From NCBI GenBank assembly GCA_041736175.1, contig JBGSUI010000057.1:1-46290 (forward strand): a DNA stretch of 46,290 nucleotides. Reading direction: 5' to 3'. The DNA comes from Oligoflexales bacterium. GTDB taxonomy: Bacteria > Bdellovibrionota_B > Oligoflexia > Oligoflexales > CAIYRB01. Each line of letters begins with the position of its first letter. The stretch's first letter is position 1. Positions 29,671 through 39,807 of this stretch are shown here, piece by piece. A program made the translations under genes and the position numbers. The notes under the pieces are model-generated. The model made no database searches. It was not told where the DNA came from and saw only the letters and a program-made list of their open reading frames with translations.

Positions 29671-31220
29671 ATGATGGAAACTCCTATTGATTCCATAAGA
29701 TTTTTAGGACCATTGCTTGCGATCCATTGGGCGATATGTTCGATCTCTGCCGACAGCGAGCGATCGACTTCCATCTCGGGCGCAATTTTTCTGATCTCGC
29801 TGAGCAGGGCTGCTAGAGCGGGGTTGGGGACCAAAGGACTGAGAATATCGAGTCCTTGGGCTGCTGCCAGAAACTCAATGGCCAGGATCCGTTGTACGTG
29901 GTAGATGACTTTTCGAGCTTTCCGTGCAGCGATAGGCCCCATACTGACATGGTCTTCTTTATCTGCCGAGGTGGGGATACTATCGACGCTTGCTGGGTGA
30001 CACAGGACTTTGTTTTCTGAAACCAAGGCCGCGGCGACCACGTGAGGAATCATAAATCCAGAGTTTAGACCGCCATTTTTAGTGACAAAAGCAGGCAGTC
30101 CACTGAGGTGAGGATTGGTGATTTTTTCGGTTCTACGCTCCGAAATACTGCCCAACTCGGCGACGCCGATCGCCAAATAATCCAGAGCCATGGCTATGGG
30201 TTGGCCATGGAAATTACCGCCACTTAAGGTGGTGTGCTCGTCAAACACCAGCGGATTATCGGTGACGCTATTGAGTTCGATTTCGACGATCTTGGCCACA
30301 TGGGCGATGACATCCCGAGAGGCCCCGTGGACCTGTGGGACGCAGCGCAAAGAGTACGGGTCTTGGACTTTGCCACAGGTGGCATGGCTTTCGACGATGG
30401 TATCAGGACCACTGGCAAAGATTGATCGGATATTGCTAGCCACCACCCCTTGGCCATGATGGGGCCTGAGGCGCTGGATGCGGTCATCGAAGGGGACAAG
30501 CGTACCACGGCAAGCGTCGAGGGAAAGGGCGGCAGCGATATCTGCAGAGTGGCTCAAAACCTCCGACTCCCAAACCGCCCAAGAGGCCACAGCAGTCATA
30601 AAATGAGTGCCATTGATCAGGGCTAATCCTTCCTTAGCTTCTAAGGCGATCCCCTTAAGGCCCACGGCGTCCAAAGCTTCTTGGGCTTTTTTTAGCCGGC
30701 CCCCATGGGTGACGAGACCCTCGCCCATAAACCCTAATGCCAGATGGGCTAGGGGGGCTAGATCCCCCGAGGCACCGACGCTTCCTTGGCATGGGATCAC
30801 GGGGAGGATGTCCAAACGGATAAACGCTAGGATCTGTTCAACCAGCTCCCGCCGCACCCCGCTATGGCCGAGGAGGAGCGTGTGAGCCCGGAGGATAAGA
30901 AGGCTACGGACCAGGTCAGGTTCGAGATATTCGCCGACTCCACAGGCATGGGATCTCACGAGATTGGTTTGTAGCTGGCGGATCTGGTCTGGCTCGATCG
31001 CAATATCAGAAAGAAAACCAAATCCAGTATTGATTCCATAGATTTTGCGGCCAGAGTTAAGGGCCCTGGTGATATCTTGGCGCTGGGCTTCGAGACGATT
31101 CCAGACTTCGGTCGGAACAACCAGATGGGGGTTTGCAGACCTTGAGAGACTGACCAGGATTTCTGGACTGAGACGGTCGTAGCCGAGGAGAAAATCCCTC
31201 TTAAAGTCGATTTTAGACAT
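29667..31220 (-). CDS. hutH: Histidine ammonia-lyase
   Basis: YGINTGFG, SHACGVG, GSVGASGDLAPLAH (MIO), QDPYSLRC, EDHVSM. Confidence 0.95.
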   Translation of the reverse strand: MSKIDFKRDFLLGYDRLSPEILVSLSRSANPHLVVPTEVWNRLEAQRQDITRALNSGRKIYGINTGFGFLSDIAIEPDQIRQLQTNLVRSHACGVGEYLEPDLVRSLLILRAHTLLLGHSGVRRELVEQILAFIRLDILPVIPCQGSVGASGDLAPLAHLALGFMGEGLVTHGGRLKKAQEALDAVGLKGIALEAKEGLALINGTHFMTAVASWAVWESEVLSHSADIAAALSLDACRGTLVPFDDRIQRLRPHHGQGVVASNIRSIFASGPDTIVESHATCGKVQDPYSLRCVPQVHGASRDVIAHVAKIVEIELNSVTDNPLVFDEHTTLSGGNFHGQPIAMALDYLAIGVAELGSISERRTEKITNPHLSGLPAFVTKNGGLNSGFMIPHVVAAALVSENKVLCHPASVDSIPTSADKEDHVSMGPIAARKARKVIYHVQRILAIEFLAAAQGLDILSPLVPNPALAALLSEIRKIAPEMEVDRSLSAEIEHIAQWIASNGPKNLMESIGVSII

Positions 31221-31884
31221 AAAGATGACCCAAGGTTTTAAGAAATTGAATGGGGACAGCATAATCCTGGGCCCCGTAGACATAGGTGCCAGCGACCAGC
31301 ACGGATGCTCCTGCGTCGACGACGGACTTGGCTGTGTGTTCGTTGATACCACCGTCAACCTCGATCTCGACTTTTTGGTCTAAACCAAGATCCTGTAGTC
31401 TTTTCTTGAGTTGCCTAATCCGCTGAATGGTTTGGTCGATAAAGGTCTGTCCGCCAAATCCTGGGTTTACAGACATGATCATCACGACGTCCACCTCTTC
31501 AAGGAGTGGGTCAATGGATTCCAGTGGGGTTCCGGGATTGAGGGCTATCCCCACTTTTGCCCCAGATTTTCGAATGGTCTGGGTCAGTCGATGGCCATGA
31601 TGGGTGGTTTCCACATGAAAACTCAAGATATCAGCTCCCGCTGCCACGTAGTCGAGGGCCACAGCATCGGGGTTTGCAACCATGATATGAACATCGAGGG
31701 GCTTTTTGGTGATTTTTTTAAGGGCTCGAATCAGCAGTGGGCCAAAGGTCAGATTGGGAACAAAATGCCCATCCATCACATCGATATGATGCCAGTCCGC
31801 TCCAGCCTGCTCAGCTTTTTGAATCTCTAAGCCCAATGCCAGCGCATCAGCAGCTAGGATGGAGGGAGCTATTTTGAGTCTCAT
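31213..31884 (-). CDS. rpe: Ribulose-phosphate 3-epimerase
   Basis: IAPSIL, HIDVMDGHFVPNLTFG, MSVNPGFGGQ, EVDGG. Confidence 0.97.
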   Translation of the reverse strand: MRLKIAPSILAADALALGLEIQKAEQAGADWHHIDVMDGHFVPNLTFGPLLIRALKKITKKPLDVHIMVANPDAVALDYVAAGADILSFHVETTHHGHRLTQTIRKSGAKVGIALNPGTPLESIDPLLEEVDVVMIMSVNPGFGGQTFIDQTIQRIRQLKKRLQDLGLDQKVEIEVDGGINEHTAKSVVDAGASVLVAGTYVYGAQDYAVPIQFLKTLGHLYV

Positions 31885-31891
31885 TTTTTGT

Positions 31892-32449
31892 TTACTCCAT
31901 ACCTGATGGGACCGCTTCACGTAACATCTTTTTCTTGACCATACTTGCCTTGAGGCGACTCATACGATTAAAAAACACGATGCCATCGATATGGTCGATT
32001 TCATGCTGGAGGCACACCGCAAAGAGGTCGGTCGCGTGGACTTCGAAAGTCTTGCCGAATTCGTCCTGGGCAGTCACCCAAACCTCAGAAGCGCGGTCGA
32101 CGAATTCGAAAATTTCTGGAAAGCTTAAACAGCCTTCTTGAAACTTAAATTTCCCCTGCTTTTTGGTGATCACCGGATTGATAAAGGTGAACTTCTTGTC
32201 ATGCCACCATTGGTGAGTTTCTTCGGGCTGGTTATCTTCGTACCGGTTCCCATTAGAGGCGACCTCGATCGTGATGACGCGCCGAAGTTGGCCCACTTGG
32301 TTTGCAGCCAGGCCAATCCCAGCAGCAGCTTTCATGGTTTCGTGCATATCATTGACAAATTTTCGAAGCTCATCGTCAAAAACCTGGACTTCAAGGGCCC
32401 TGGTCTCTAAAACTTTAGCTGGCCAAACGACGACATCCAACACGCTCAC
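31892..32449 (-). CDS. def: Peptide deformylase
   Basis: GIGLAANQ, EGCLS, QHEIDH. Confidence 0.96.
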   Translation of the reverse strand: MSVLDVVVWPAKVLETRALEVQVFDDELRKFVNDMHETMKAAAGIGLAANQVGQLRRVITIEVASNGNRYEDNQPEETHQWWHDKKFTFINPVITKKQGKFKFQEGCLSFPEIFEFVDRASEVWVTAQDEFGKTFEVHATDLFAVCLQHEIDHIDGIVFFNRMSRLKASMVKKKMLREAVPSGME

Positions 32450-32636
32450 GCTTCCTTCTCCTATGTTAGGGGCATTCTATACGAATTTTTGCAAAAACGA
32501 CCGACAATCCGGCGGCACCTTAACATACTTATTGTGTTTTTCCAAAATGACAAACCCTGAGGGCCAAGGAGCCTTAGTTGAACTCCGTGGTTTGTTATTT
32601 TTTATTCAATAATTACATTAAGTTAATAATAACTGT

Positions 32637-32870
32637 CTACATTTTGAGGTCTTCGGGCAGAGGTTCAGAAAACGTGACCTTAGCCGTTTTGACGAGTTTG
32701 TACCAGACCTCGCCTAGTTCGCTGTCCACCGTCTGAACAAGGCTATTATCGACAAAGACATCATGGCAGTAGCTAAATAGGGTCTTTCCGTCCCAACGGA
32801 TTGATAAAAGAAAGACCCACATAAGGCCTTGGCCAAGAAACTTACCAACGTGTTTGAGGAGGTCTCGCAT
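32637..32870 (-). CDS. Small hypothetical membrane protein
   Basis: 77-aa ORF with hydrophobic N-terminus. Confidence 0.5.
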   Translation of the reverse strand: MRDLLKHVGKFLGQGLMWVFLLSIRWDGKTLFSYCHDVFVDNSLVQTVDSELGEVWYKLVKTAKVTFSEPLPEDLKM

Positions 32871-32974
32871 AGTGTTGTTTCCCCGAATTAAAAAATTTTA
32901 TTTGGTTTTGAACAAGTCGGCGCCTTGAGAACAAAAAGGAAAAGGTGACATTTTCATTGTAACAGATACTACAT

Positions 32975-33009
32975 CAAACAAAAATCCAACCTAAATGAGG
33001 TCGGATTTT
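32975..33009 (-). terminator. Intrinsic terminator after lon
   Basis: Minus strand AAAATCCGACCT-CATTT-AGGTTGGATTTT followed by TGTTTG. Confidence 0.7.
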
Positions 33010-33033
33010 GTGGTTGCTGGATTTTCGGGGTTA

Positions 33034-35481
33034 CTATCCAGCCATCTCCTTAAAGGTAGGGAGGACTTCGGGTGATATGGGGTGATTTTCCAGGTCTGTA
33101 ATTGTTGAACTAAACATCAAATCAAAAACATCGGTAAACTCCTTTACAAAGTGAACCTTGACACGGCGCTTAACATTTGTGGGGAGTTGGTCATAGACCG
33201 CCCGATTTTTTTCGGGAAGGATCACTTGATCAATGCCTTCGCGCTGCGCTGCTAGGATTTTTTCCTTAAGGCCGCCAATAGGCAAGACCTTTCCATGGAG
33301 GGTAATCTCCCCAGTCATAGCGATTTTTGCTTTAGGAGATTTTCCAAGGAGAGCGGACAGGATGCTTGTGGCTAAAGCAATTCCTGCCGAAGGACCGTCT
33401 TTCGGAACCGCACCAGCAGGTACATGGACATGGATTTCATTGGATTTGAGTTTGTCGTAGTCAAAACCGAATTCACCGATGCTAGAGCGAAGATAGCTGA
33501 GAGCTGCCTGAGCCGACTCTTTCATGATATCACCGAGCTGTCCTGTCAAGACAAGCTGGCTTTTTGCACTCGGTAGCAGGTTTGTTTCGATAGCCATGAC
33601 TTCACCGCCATAACTGGTATAGGCTAATCCTAGGGCGACCCCACTGCGGGCCTCCATATGGTAAAATTCCTCTCCATAACGTTTTGCGCCCAGGTGTTTT
33701 TGGATGAGGGTTGGTGTTAGATGAATGACTTTTCGGTCTTGGCTTGATTCAAGTTCCGCGTAGTGCCGGGCGATTTTCCGGCAAATTGAGGCGATTTGGC
33801 GTTCGAGACTTCGTAGGCCGGATTCCCTGGTGTAACTGTTGATGACCGTCATCAAGGCTTGTTTAGAAAAGAGAACCTCTTCGACCGAAAGTCCGGCTTC
33901 TTTGAGTTGTTTGGGAATGAGGAATTGATTGGCTATGATCTGTTTTTCCTCTTCAGAATATCCAGACACCTCGATGATTTCTAAGCGATCTTTTAAGGGA
34001 CCAGGAATGGTATCTAGCGTGTTGCAGTTGGCGATAAACATCACATCGGAAAGATCGAAGGAGACTCCAAGATAGTGATCGACAAAATTTTTATTTTGTT
34101 CGGGATCTAAGACTTCGAGTAGAGCCGAAGAAGGGTCACCTCGATGATCGGCTCCCATTTTGTCGATTTCATCGAGCATGATAACGGGATTGCTGGAGCC
34201 TGCCTGCTTAAGACTGTTTACCACGCGGCCTGGATAGGCGCCCACATAGGTTTTTCGGTGTCCTCTGATGTCAGCCTCGTCGCGAACTCCTCCTAGGGAT
34301 ATTCTTGAAAACTCTCGACCCATAGCCTTAGCAATCGACCGACCTAGGCTGGTTTTTCCCACTCCTGGGGGACCTACAAAACAGAGAATTGGACTTTTGG
34401 CACTTGGATTGAGTTTTTTAACGGCCAGATATTCTATGATCCGATCTTTGACATTATCCAGTCCGTAATGATCTTCTTCTAAGACGGTTTTCACATGTTT
34501 TAAGTTAAGATTGTCTTCTGTTTTTGTTTGCCAAGGTAACGCTAAAATAGTTTCCACATGGGTTCTTGTGAGCGATGCTTCGCTGGTGTCAGCATGCATT
34601 CTTTCGAGTCGGCGTAGCTGTCTCGATACTTCATCTTTTGCCTCAGCGCTGACTTTGACCTCTTCGAGTTTTTTCCAGAGGGCTTCTAAGTCGTCCTTAC
34701 CGTCGGTATCGCCAAGCTCTGTTTTGATGGCCCGCATTTGTTCGCGCAGGTAATGTTCGCGCTGCATGCGGTTGATCTCTTCTTTTGCCTGTGATTGGAT
34801 CCGGACTTGCATTTGGTAGACTTCGATTTCCCGAGAGAGAAAGCGGTGGACTGCTTTAAGCCGCTCTATGGGATTTTGAATCGCCAAAACCGACTGAGCT
34901 TCGTTGACTTTGAGGCCGAGATTTGCGGCCACAAGATCAGAAAGCCTTCCTGGTTCGGTCACGTCTTCGAGAACCATCATGATGTCAGGTGAAAGCACTT
35001 TGCCAAGGCTGACGACTTTTTCGAGGTTTTCGCGGGTCGCACGGATCATGGCTTCGACTTCGGGGGAGTTTTTAACAAAGGTTGTTTCTTCGATAACCCG
35101 AAGGTGAACCGACGGAAAAGGATCCTGACCTTTTAGCTCGCTGATCTGGGCTTTGCAGATACCTTGGACAAGGACTTTCATCCTACCATCAGGGAGTTTT
35201 CGCGTGCGCATGATCGAACAAATGGTACCGATATCGTAGACGTCAAAGGGTGGCTCTAGGGAACTCTCAAGACCTTGACCTGTTTCACCCTGGACTTTAA
35301 AGGCTGACAAAAAGATTTTGCGCTTGTGACCGAGCGCATTTTCAACGGCGCTAATACAAAGATCTTCGTTTATGAAAACTGGCACGATCATGTGGGGGAA
35401 CACCACTATGTCCTTAAGGGGCAGTAAGGGTAGGTCGGTGTTAGCATCATAGGACGCCATGATGGACTGTGATGTAGTCAT
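33034..35481 (-). CDS. lon: Lon protease
   Basis: N-domain, GPPGVGKTS, LDEIDK, PKDGPSAG, GGLKEK. Confidence 0.97.
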   Translation of the reverse strand: MTTSQSIMASYDANTDLPLLPLKDIVVFPHMIVPVFINEDLCISAVENALGHKRKIFLSAFKVQGETGQGLESSLEPPFDVYDIGTICSIMRTRKLPDGRMKVLVQGICKAQISELKGQDPFPSVHLRVIEETTFVKNSPEVEAMIRATRENLEKVVSLGKVLSPDIMMVLEDVTEPGRLSDLVAANLGLKVNEAQSVLAIQNPIERLKAVHRFLSREIEVYQMQVRIQSQAKEEINRMQREHYLREQMRAIKTELGDTDGKDDLEALWKKLEEVKVSAEAKDEVSRQLRRLERMHADTSEASLTRTHVETILALPWQTKTEDNLNLKHVKTVLEEDHYGLDNVKDRIIEYLAVKKLNPSAKSPILCFVGPPGVGKTSLGRSIAKAMGREFSRISLGGVRDEADIRGHRKTYVGAYPGRVVNSLKQAGSSNPVIMLDEIDKMGADHRGDPSSALLEVLDPEQNKNFVDHYLGVSFDLSDVMFIANCNTLDTIPGPLKDRLEIIEVSGYSEEEKQIIANQFLIPKQLKEAGLSVEEVLFSKQALMTVINSYTRESGLRSLERQIASICRKIARHYAELESSQDRKVIHLTPTLIQKHLGAKRYGEEFYHMEARSGVALGLAYTSYGGEVMAIETNLLPSAKSQLVLTGQLGDIMKESAQAALSYLRSSIGEFGFDYDKLKSNEIHVHVPAGAVPKDGPSAGIALATSILSALLGKSPKAKIAMTGEITLHGKVLPIGGLKEKILAAQREGIDQVILPEKNRAVYDQLPTNVKRRVKVHFVKEFTDVFDLMFSSTITDLENHPISPEVLPTFKEMAG

Positions 35482-35518
35482 CGAATATTCTCCTCAGGGT
35501 GGGATGGCTTTAGATGTG

Positions 35519-35545
35519 GTATCGGAATCTTGTAGATAAGCTTGA
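35519..35545 (-). promoter_or_regulatory. sigma28-type promoter of lon
   Basis: TCAA-N15-TCCGATAC. Confidence 0.55.
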
Positions 35546-35571
35546 GAAGATAGAGGATCTAGGTGGGGGGG

Positions 35572-36039
35572 TTAGCTGGGGTTAGGGGGGGGTCGCACAT
35601 GGATGGTGACCAGGAGGTCTCCTTGCACAGAGTCAAGCCGATCCCCATAGCCTGGCCACTTGATGGTGGACCCATGCTTGGTACCAGGAGGCAAAGATAG
35701 GACGATCTGTACGACTTCTTTTAGAATACCATTTCCAGAAGAATTTAGGAGCCGCCTCGAAAACTTTACTGTGATGTCGGCCCCTTGACTAGCGGTTTCA
35801 GAGTTGATCCATAGAGGGACCCGTACCTCAAGATCGCTAAGACAGGTCTCCCAAGTTTCCATGGAGATATCGTCATAATCAAAGGACTTACAAAACTCAT
35901 CTAAAGACTCCAGGTCCTTTGGGCTTATTGCAAAGGGAGGGATCTGGGATGCGGAGTTAGGGGAGTTAGGGGAGCTGGAGAAGTTAAGTGAGCTAGGGGG
36001 CTTTGAAGCTTTCGACTTTTTTTTAGGTCTCTCGACCAT
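35572..36039 (-). CDS. DnaJ C-terminal-domain-like protein without J domain
   Basis: DLEVRVPL..LPPGTKHG..GYGD..GDLLVTIHV; no HPD. Confidence 0.65.
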   Translation of the reverse strand: MVERPKKKSKASKPPSSLNFSSSPNSPNSASQIPPFAISPKDLESLDEFCKSFDYDDISMETWETCLSDLEVRVPLWINSETASQGADITVKFSRRLLNSSGNGILKEVVQIVLSLPPGTKHGSTIKWPGYGDRLDSVQGDLLVTIHVRPPPNPS

Positions 36040-36063
36040 ACCCCCCTTCCTCGACTTTTAGGG

Positions 36064-36675
36064 TTAACTGGACCCAGCAGGCGTCAGCACGCTGACCATG
36101 GCAGCCCTTAGCAGCCTACCATGAAGAGTATAACCTAAAGCGAATTCGTCTTTGACGGTATCTTTGGTCACATCTGCAGATTCGATGCGTTGGATAGCCT
36201 GGTGGAGGTTTGGGTCGAAGTCCACACCGGCAGCCCTTACCAGTTCGAGGCCATGTCGGCGCAAAACGTCGAGGAGCTGTCTTTTGACCATCACCATGCC
36301 TTCGAAGTAGGCACTGTGGGCCTCTCCTGCTTCGACGGTGGAATCACCTGAGCTAGGGATCGCCTTTTCTAAGCTATCAAGGGTCGGAAGGAGATCCTTA
36401 AAAAAGCTTTCGAAGGCATATTTTGCTAATTCGGTCTTTTCTCGCTCGGCCCGCCGACGGATATTTTCTACTTCTGCCATCATTCTGACATAACGGTCTT
36501 TAAATTCAGCAAGCTCACCCCGTAGGGACTCTAATTCGTCCTGGGACTCGCTTTCTTGATCGTCAGAAAAAGTGGGCCCCTCGGAAGGAGGTGAATCAGG
36601 CTCTTCAATGGGTGATGAAGCCTGTTTTTGTTGGGACTTATCCCCATCTTGGGTGGCGGAGTTCGAAGTATCCAT
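36064..36675 (-). CDS. grpE: Nucleotide exchange factor GrpE
   Basis: RMMAEVENIRRR, LLPTLDSLE, FDPNLHQA, GYTLHGRLLRAAMV. Confidence 0.95.
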   Translation of the reverse strand: MDTSNSATQDGDKSQQKQASSPIEEPDSPPSEGPTFSDDQESESQDELESLRGELAEFKDRYVRMMAEVENIRRRAEREKTELAKYAFESFFKDLLPTLDSLEKAIPSSGDSTVEAGEAHSAYFEGMVMVKRQLLDVLRRHGLELVRAAGVDFDPNLHQAIQRIESADVTKDTVKDEFALGYTLHGRLLRAAMVSVLTPAGSS

Positions 36676-36986
36676 GGTTTCAATCCGTTTGCATGGGATC
36701 TTTTTAAGAAAGATCGTTTAGTCTCTAAAATATCAGGTTAGCCATTAAACTTGCTGCCAGACTGCAGCACAATGTAAGCTCGGTGGAGCTTGTGGTCAAG
36801 ACTGGAGGCTTGATTAAAGGGAGTGCCTGGCATGCAGGCTTGATTCCGATCACATTGACAGCCTCCGGGGACCTTGATAAAAAGTTTAGGATTCGAAAGT
36901 TTTTGAATTCATAGGTGTTGAGACTCTTCTGGTTCTGTTTCTTATTTTGGCCCCTATTGTTCCTCATCAGTGAGCGGGAGTTCCCT

Positions 36987-37352
36987 GTGGATCACAAGCA
37001 CGAAACCCCTCAGGAAAAATCCAATTCCTCTCAATTAGACCAACTTCAGGGACTGCGCCTCGGACCAAAGAAAAGCCTTCACGATGCAGGGGTTTCGGAT
37101 CAAGACTGCACCCTTTGGCTCGACAAGATTTCCCTTGAATCCCTTGTGGAAATCAAAATCTCCCGGTTTTTTGACCAACTGGATTCTCATTATCCAGAGG
37201 AGCTTTATTCTCTTATTATCGAAAAAGTCGAAAAAACGCTCCTCCACCAAATCCTTAGGCGAACGGGCTATAATCAAGCCCAAGCTTCAAAAATTCTTGG
37301 AATAAATCGCAATACTTTGCGTAAGAAGATGAAGCATTTTGGCCTTGGTTAG
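36987..37352 (+). CDS. fis: Fis-family HTH protein
   Basis: GYNQAQASKILGINRNTLRKK; GTG 36987 with SD GGGAG. Confidence 0.8.
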   Translation: MDHKHETPQEKSNSSQLDQLQGLRLGPKKSLHDAGVSDQDCTLWLDKISLESLVEIKISRFFDQLDSHYPEELYSLIIEKVEKTLLHQILRRTGYNQAQASKILGINRNTLRKKMKHFGLG

Positions 37353-37381
37353 CAAATTTTTAGGTGTTGCGCACCTTGCGG

Positions 37382-38722
37382 CTAACTAAGGGCAAGGTTA
37401 GAAAACTTTAGAAAATGCGGCGCAAAAGCTAAGTAGACGTCTTCTAGCGATCCGTGGCGGTTTTTGGCAATTCTAACCAACGCTTTTCCAGCGTCTTCGG
37501 AATTGGGGTTGTAGTATTCGTCTCGGTAAAGAAACAAAATGATATCCGCATCCTGTTCCATAGAGCCTGACTCCCGCAAGTCGCTTAGCTTAGGCACTTT
37601 ATCGGGTCTTGTATCAGGGCCTCGGTTAAGCTGGGCTAAAGCGATCACCGGTACGGATAACTCCTTAGCAAGCGCCTTAAGACCCCCTGAAATCTCAGAA
37701 ATCTCCCTCTCTCGGCTTTCATAGCGCTTGTTTCCCGAGGCCGTCATAAGCTGAAGGTAGTCCACTACGATAAGCTCGAGGCCATATTCTTTTTTAAACC
37801 TTCGGCATCGGGAGCGCAGTTCCATCAGCGAGATGCTGGGGGTTTCGTCGATTCCTAGAGTGGCTGGGAGTTGGCTGATGACCCTAGCGCCGTGCATCAA
37901 CCGGTCCTGCTCCTCTTCAGAAAGGTCGCCCTTTCTTAGTTTACTTGAGTCAATCCGAGACTCACTCGAAAGAATACGGGACATAAGCTGGTTTTTGGAC
38001 ATCTCTAAGGTGAAGACTGCCACTGCCCGGCCACTCTTGGCCGCATTGGTGACGATATTAAGGGCAAAGGCAGTCTTGCCCATCCCGGGTCGGGCGGCCA
38101 CGATAATCAGGTCGCTTTTTTGCCAGCCGCCTGTAATTCGGTCCAAATCGACAAAATCCGAAGGCACACCCGTCATGTCGCCTTCGGTGTTGAGTCTGGT
38201 CTCAATCTCAGCAATCGTGCTGTCCAGGACCTCATAGGCGGTGATGATCCCCTTGGAATCCTGGTCGTTGGCGATGCTGAGGAATTCCTTTTCCACATCC
38301 TCAACAAAAGTCGAAATTTTGCCGTCAAAGTTAAGGGCTTTCGTAACGGTGGTTTGGCAGGCTTCAATGATTCGTCGGAGGTAATAGCATTCTCTGACGA
38401 TTTTGGCGTAATGCTCGATATTTTGACTGACCGGAGCGACTTCTTCTAATTCAACCAGGTAAGGAACGCCTAGATACTCACTCTCACGACCCGCACGGCG
38501 GAGGATCTCAGCGACGAGAAGCACATCAGAAGGTTCGTTCTTTTGATATTGGTCCAGCATAACGCTAAATATTTTTTGATGGGCATCGAGAAAAAAATGG
38601 TCAGGGGAGAGTTTATCAGCAATGAGGTTAAGGGTCTCAGGGCTGCGTAGGCACGCTCCTAGTACAGCTTTCTCAGCATCTGAGGAATGTGGCGGCGTAT
38701 TTGTACTTTTTGCCTGACCCAT
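37382..38722 (-). CDS. dnaB: Replicative helicase DnaB
   Basis: PPHS..AEKAVLG, AARPGMGKT, VDYLQLM, AQLNR, LRESGSMEQDAD, KNRHG. Confidence 0.97.
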   Translation of the reverse strand: MGQAKSTNTPPHSSDAEKAVLGACLRSPETLNLIADKLSPDHFFLDAHQKIFSVMLDQYQKNEPSDVLLVAEILRRAGRESEYLGVPYLVELEEVAPVSQNIEHYAKIVRECYYLRRIIEACQTTVTKALNFDGKISTFVEDVEKEFLSIANDQDSKGIITAYEVLDSTIAEIETRLNTEGDMTGVPSDFVDLDRITGGWQKSDLIIVAARPGMGKTAFALNIVTNAAKSGRAVAVFTLEMSKNQLMSRILSSESRIDSSKLRKGDLSEEEQDRLMHGARVISQLPATLGIDETPSISLMELRSRCRRFKKEYGLELIVVDYLQLMTASGNKRYESREREISEISGGLKALAKELSVPVIALAQLNRGPDTRPDKVPKLSDLRESGSMEQDADIILFLYRDEYYNPNSEDAGKALVRIAKNRHGSLEDVYLAFAPHFLKFSNLALS

Positions 38723-38762
38723 AGCAGCCCACGAGCTAAAAAGATGTTTCGAAGGGGTTCTC

Positions 38763-38809
38763 AAAAAGACACAGGACTTAGACCATTAAACACTGCTCCA
38801 AGTCCTGCA
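38763..38809 (-). terminator. Probable terminator after rplI
   Basis: Stem GCAGGACTTGGA/TCTAAGTCCTGT followed by GTCTTTTT. Confidence 0.55.
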
Positions 38810-38828
38810 TCTATAGGATAACGGTTCT

Positions 38829-39275
38829 TTAGTTTTGAGCAACAACCCAGACTTTAAACTTTGCGGAAACTTCCTGATGCAGCTTCACTTGGGCTGCATA
38901 CACGCCCACTTTTTTGACTTCTTCGAGCAGGGTGATCTCTTTTTTGGAGATATCAACGCCTTCTGCCTTGAGCAGCTCTTCGAGCTCTCCCGTGGTGACC
39001 GAGCCAAAGATTCTCTCGTCTTCACCAACTTGTTTTACAACCGTGACAGAGATTTTTTCGATCTGTGCAGCCAGTTGTTTTGCGGCTCCGAGAGCTTTTT
39101 CTTTGCGTTTCTCAAGCACTCTTTTTTGGTGGGCTAACTGGGCTTTGTTGGCCTCGTTGGCGACCGCTGCGAGGGCGCGAGGGAGTAAGAAGTTGCGAGC
39201 ATAACCGTCTTTGACTTGGACGACATCACCGATAGCCCCTAGGCTAGGAACATCGTGGGTCAGTATCACTTTCAT
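38829..39275 (-). CDS. rplI: 50S ribosomal protein L9
   Basis: MKVIL..LG..GD.V.VKDGYARNFL, IFGSVT. Confidence 0.97.
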   Translation of the reverse strand: MKVILTHDVPSLGAIGDVVQVKDGYARNFLLPRALAAVANEANKAQLAHQKRVLEKRKEKALGAAKQLAAQIEKISVTVVKQVGEDERIFGSVTTGELEELLKAEGVDISKKEITLLEEVKKVGVYAAQVKLHQEVSAKFKVWVVAQN

Positions 39276-39348
39276 AATTATTTTTCCTTTATGGGGGTCA
39301 CCAATTGATTAGGTATGAAACCAATGGGGCATCAAAGTCCGTGAGCCG

Positions 39349-39735
39349 TTATTCTTTCCGGCGCTTAGCTTCAGCTTCACGTGCTTCCCGTTCTTGGTTT
39401 ACCATTTCAACCTTGCGAGCAGCAATATCGATATCGCCCTTGTGATCTTCGTTTACTCGGACTACGAGGTACCGGAGGATGTTGTCGTCAATGCGCATGA
39501 GCCGTTCGATTTCGGCAACGCTGCTTGGCTGGCCTACAAAGTCATAGTTAACGTAGTAGCCGCGATAGGATTTTTTGATAGGGTAGGCAAGTCTCTTAAC
39601 CCCCCAATCGTCTTTTTTTAAGACTTCCCCGCCTTCGCCTACCATAAGATTTTCATATTGATTCAAAGCCTTAACAGCTTCAGACTCAGGTAGATCGCCT
39701 CGAACAATAACCGTAAAATCATACTCTCTTAACAC
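39349..39735 (-). CDS. rpsF: 30S ribosomal protein S6
   Basis: REY..WGVKRLAYPIKK..GYY..ILRYL. Confidence 0.95.
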   Translation of the reverse strand: MLREYDFTVIVRGDLPESEAVKALNQYENLMVGEGGEVLKKDDWGVKRLAYPIKKSYRGYYVNYDFVGQPSSVAEIERLMRIDDNILRYLVVRVNEDHKGDIDIAARKVEMVNQEREAREAEAKRRKE

Positions 39736-39807
39736 GCTTTACACTCCCTTTTGGTCTAAACAGCTAGCCTTCATACTAGCAAGGGTCTAAAAAGATCACG
39801 CCCCTTG

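Noticed and set aside
36700..36900. CIRCE or sigma54 site upstream of grpE/fis
   Set aside because: Only a GAGTGC half-site and a mis-spaced TGGCA..TTG
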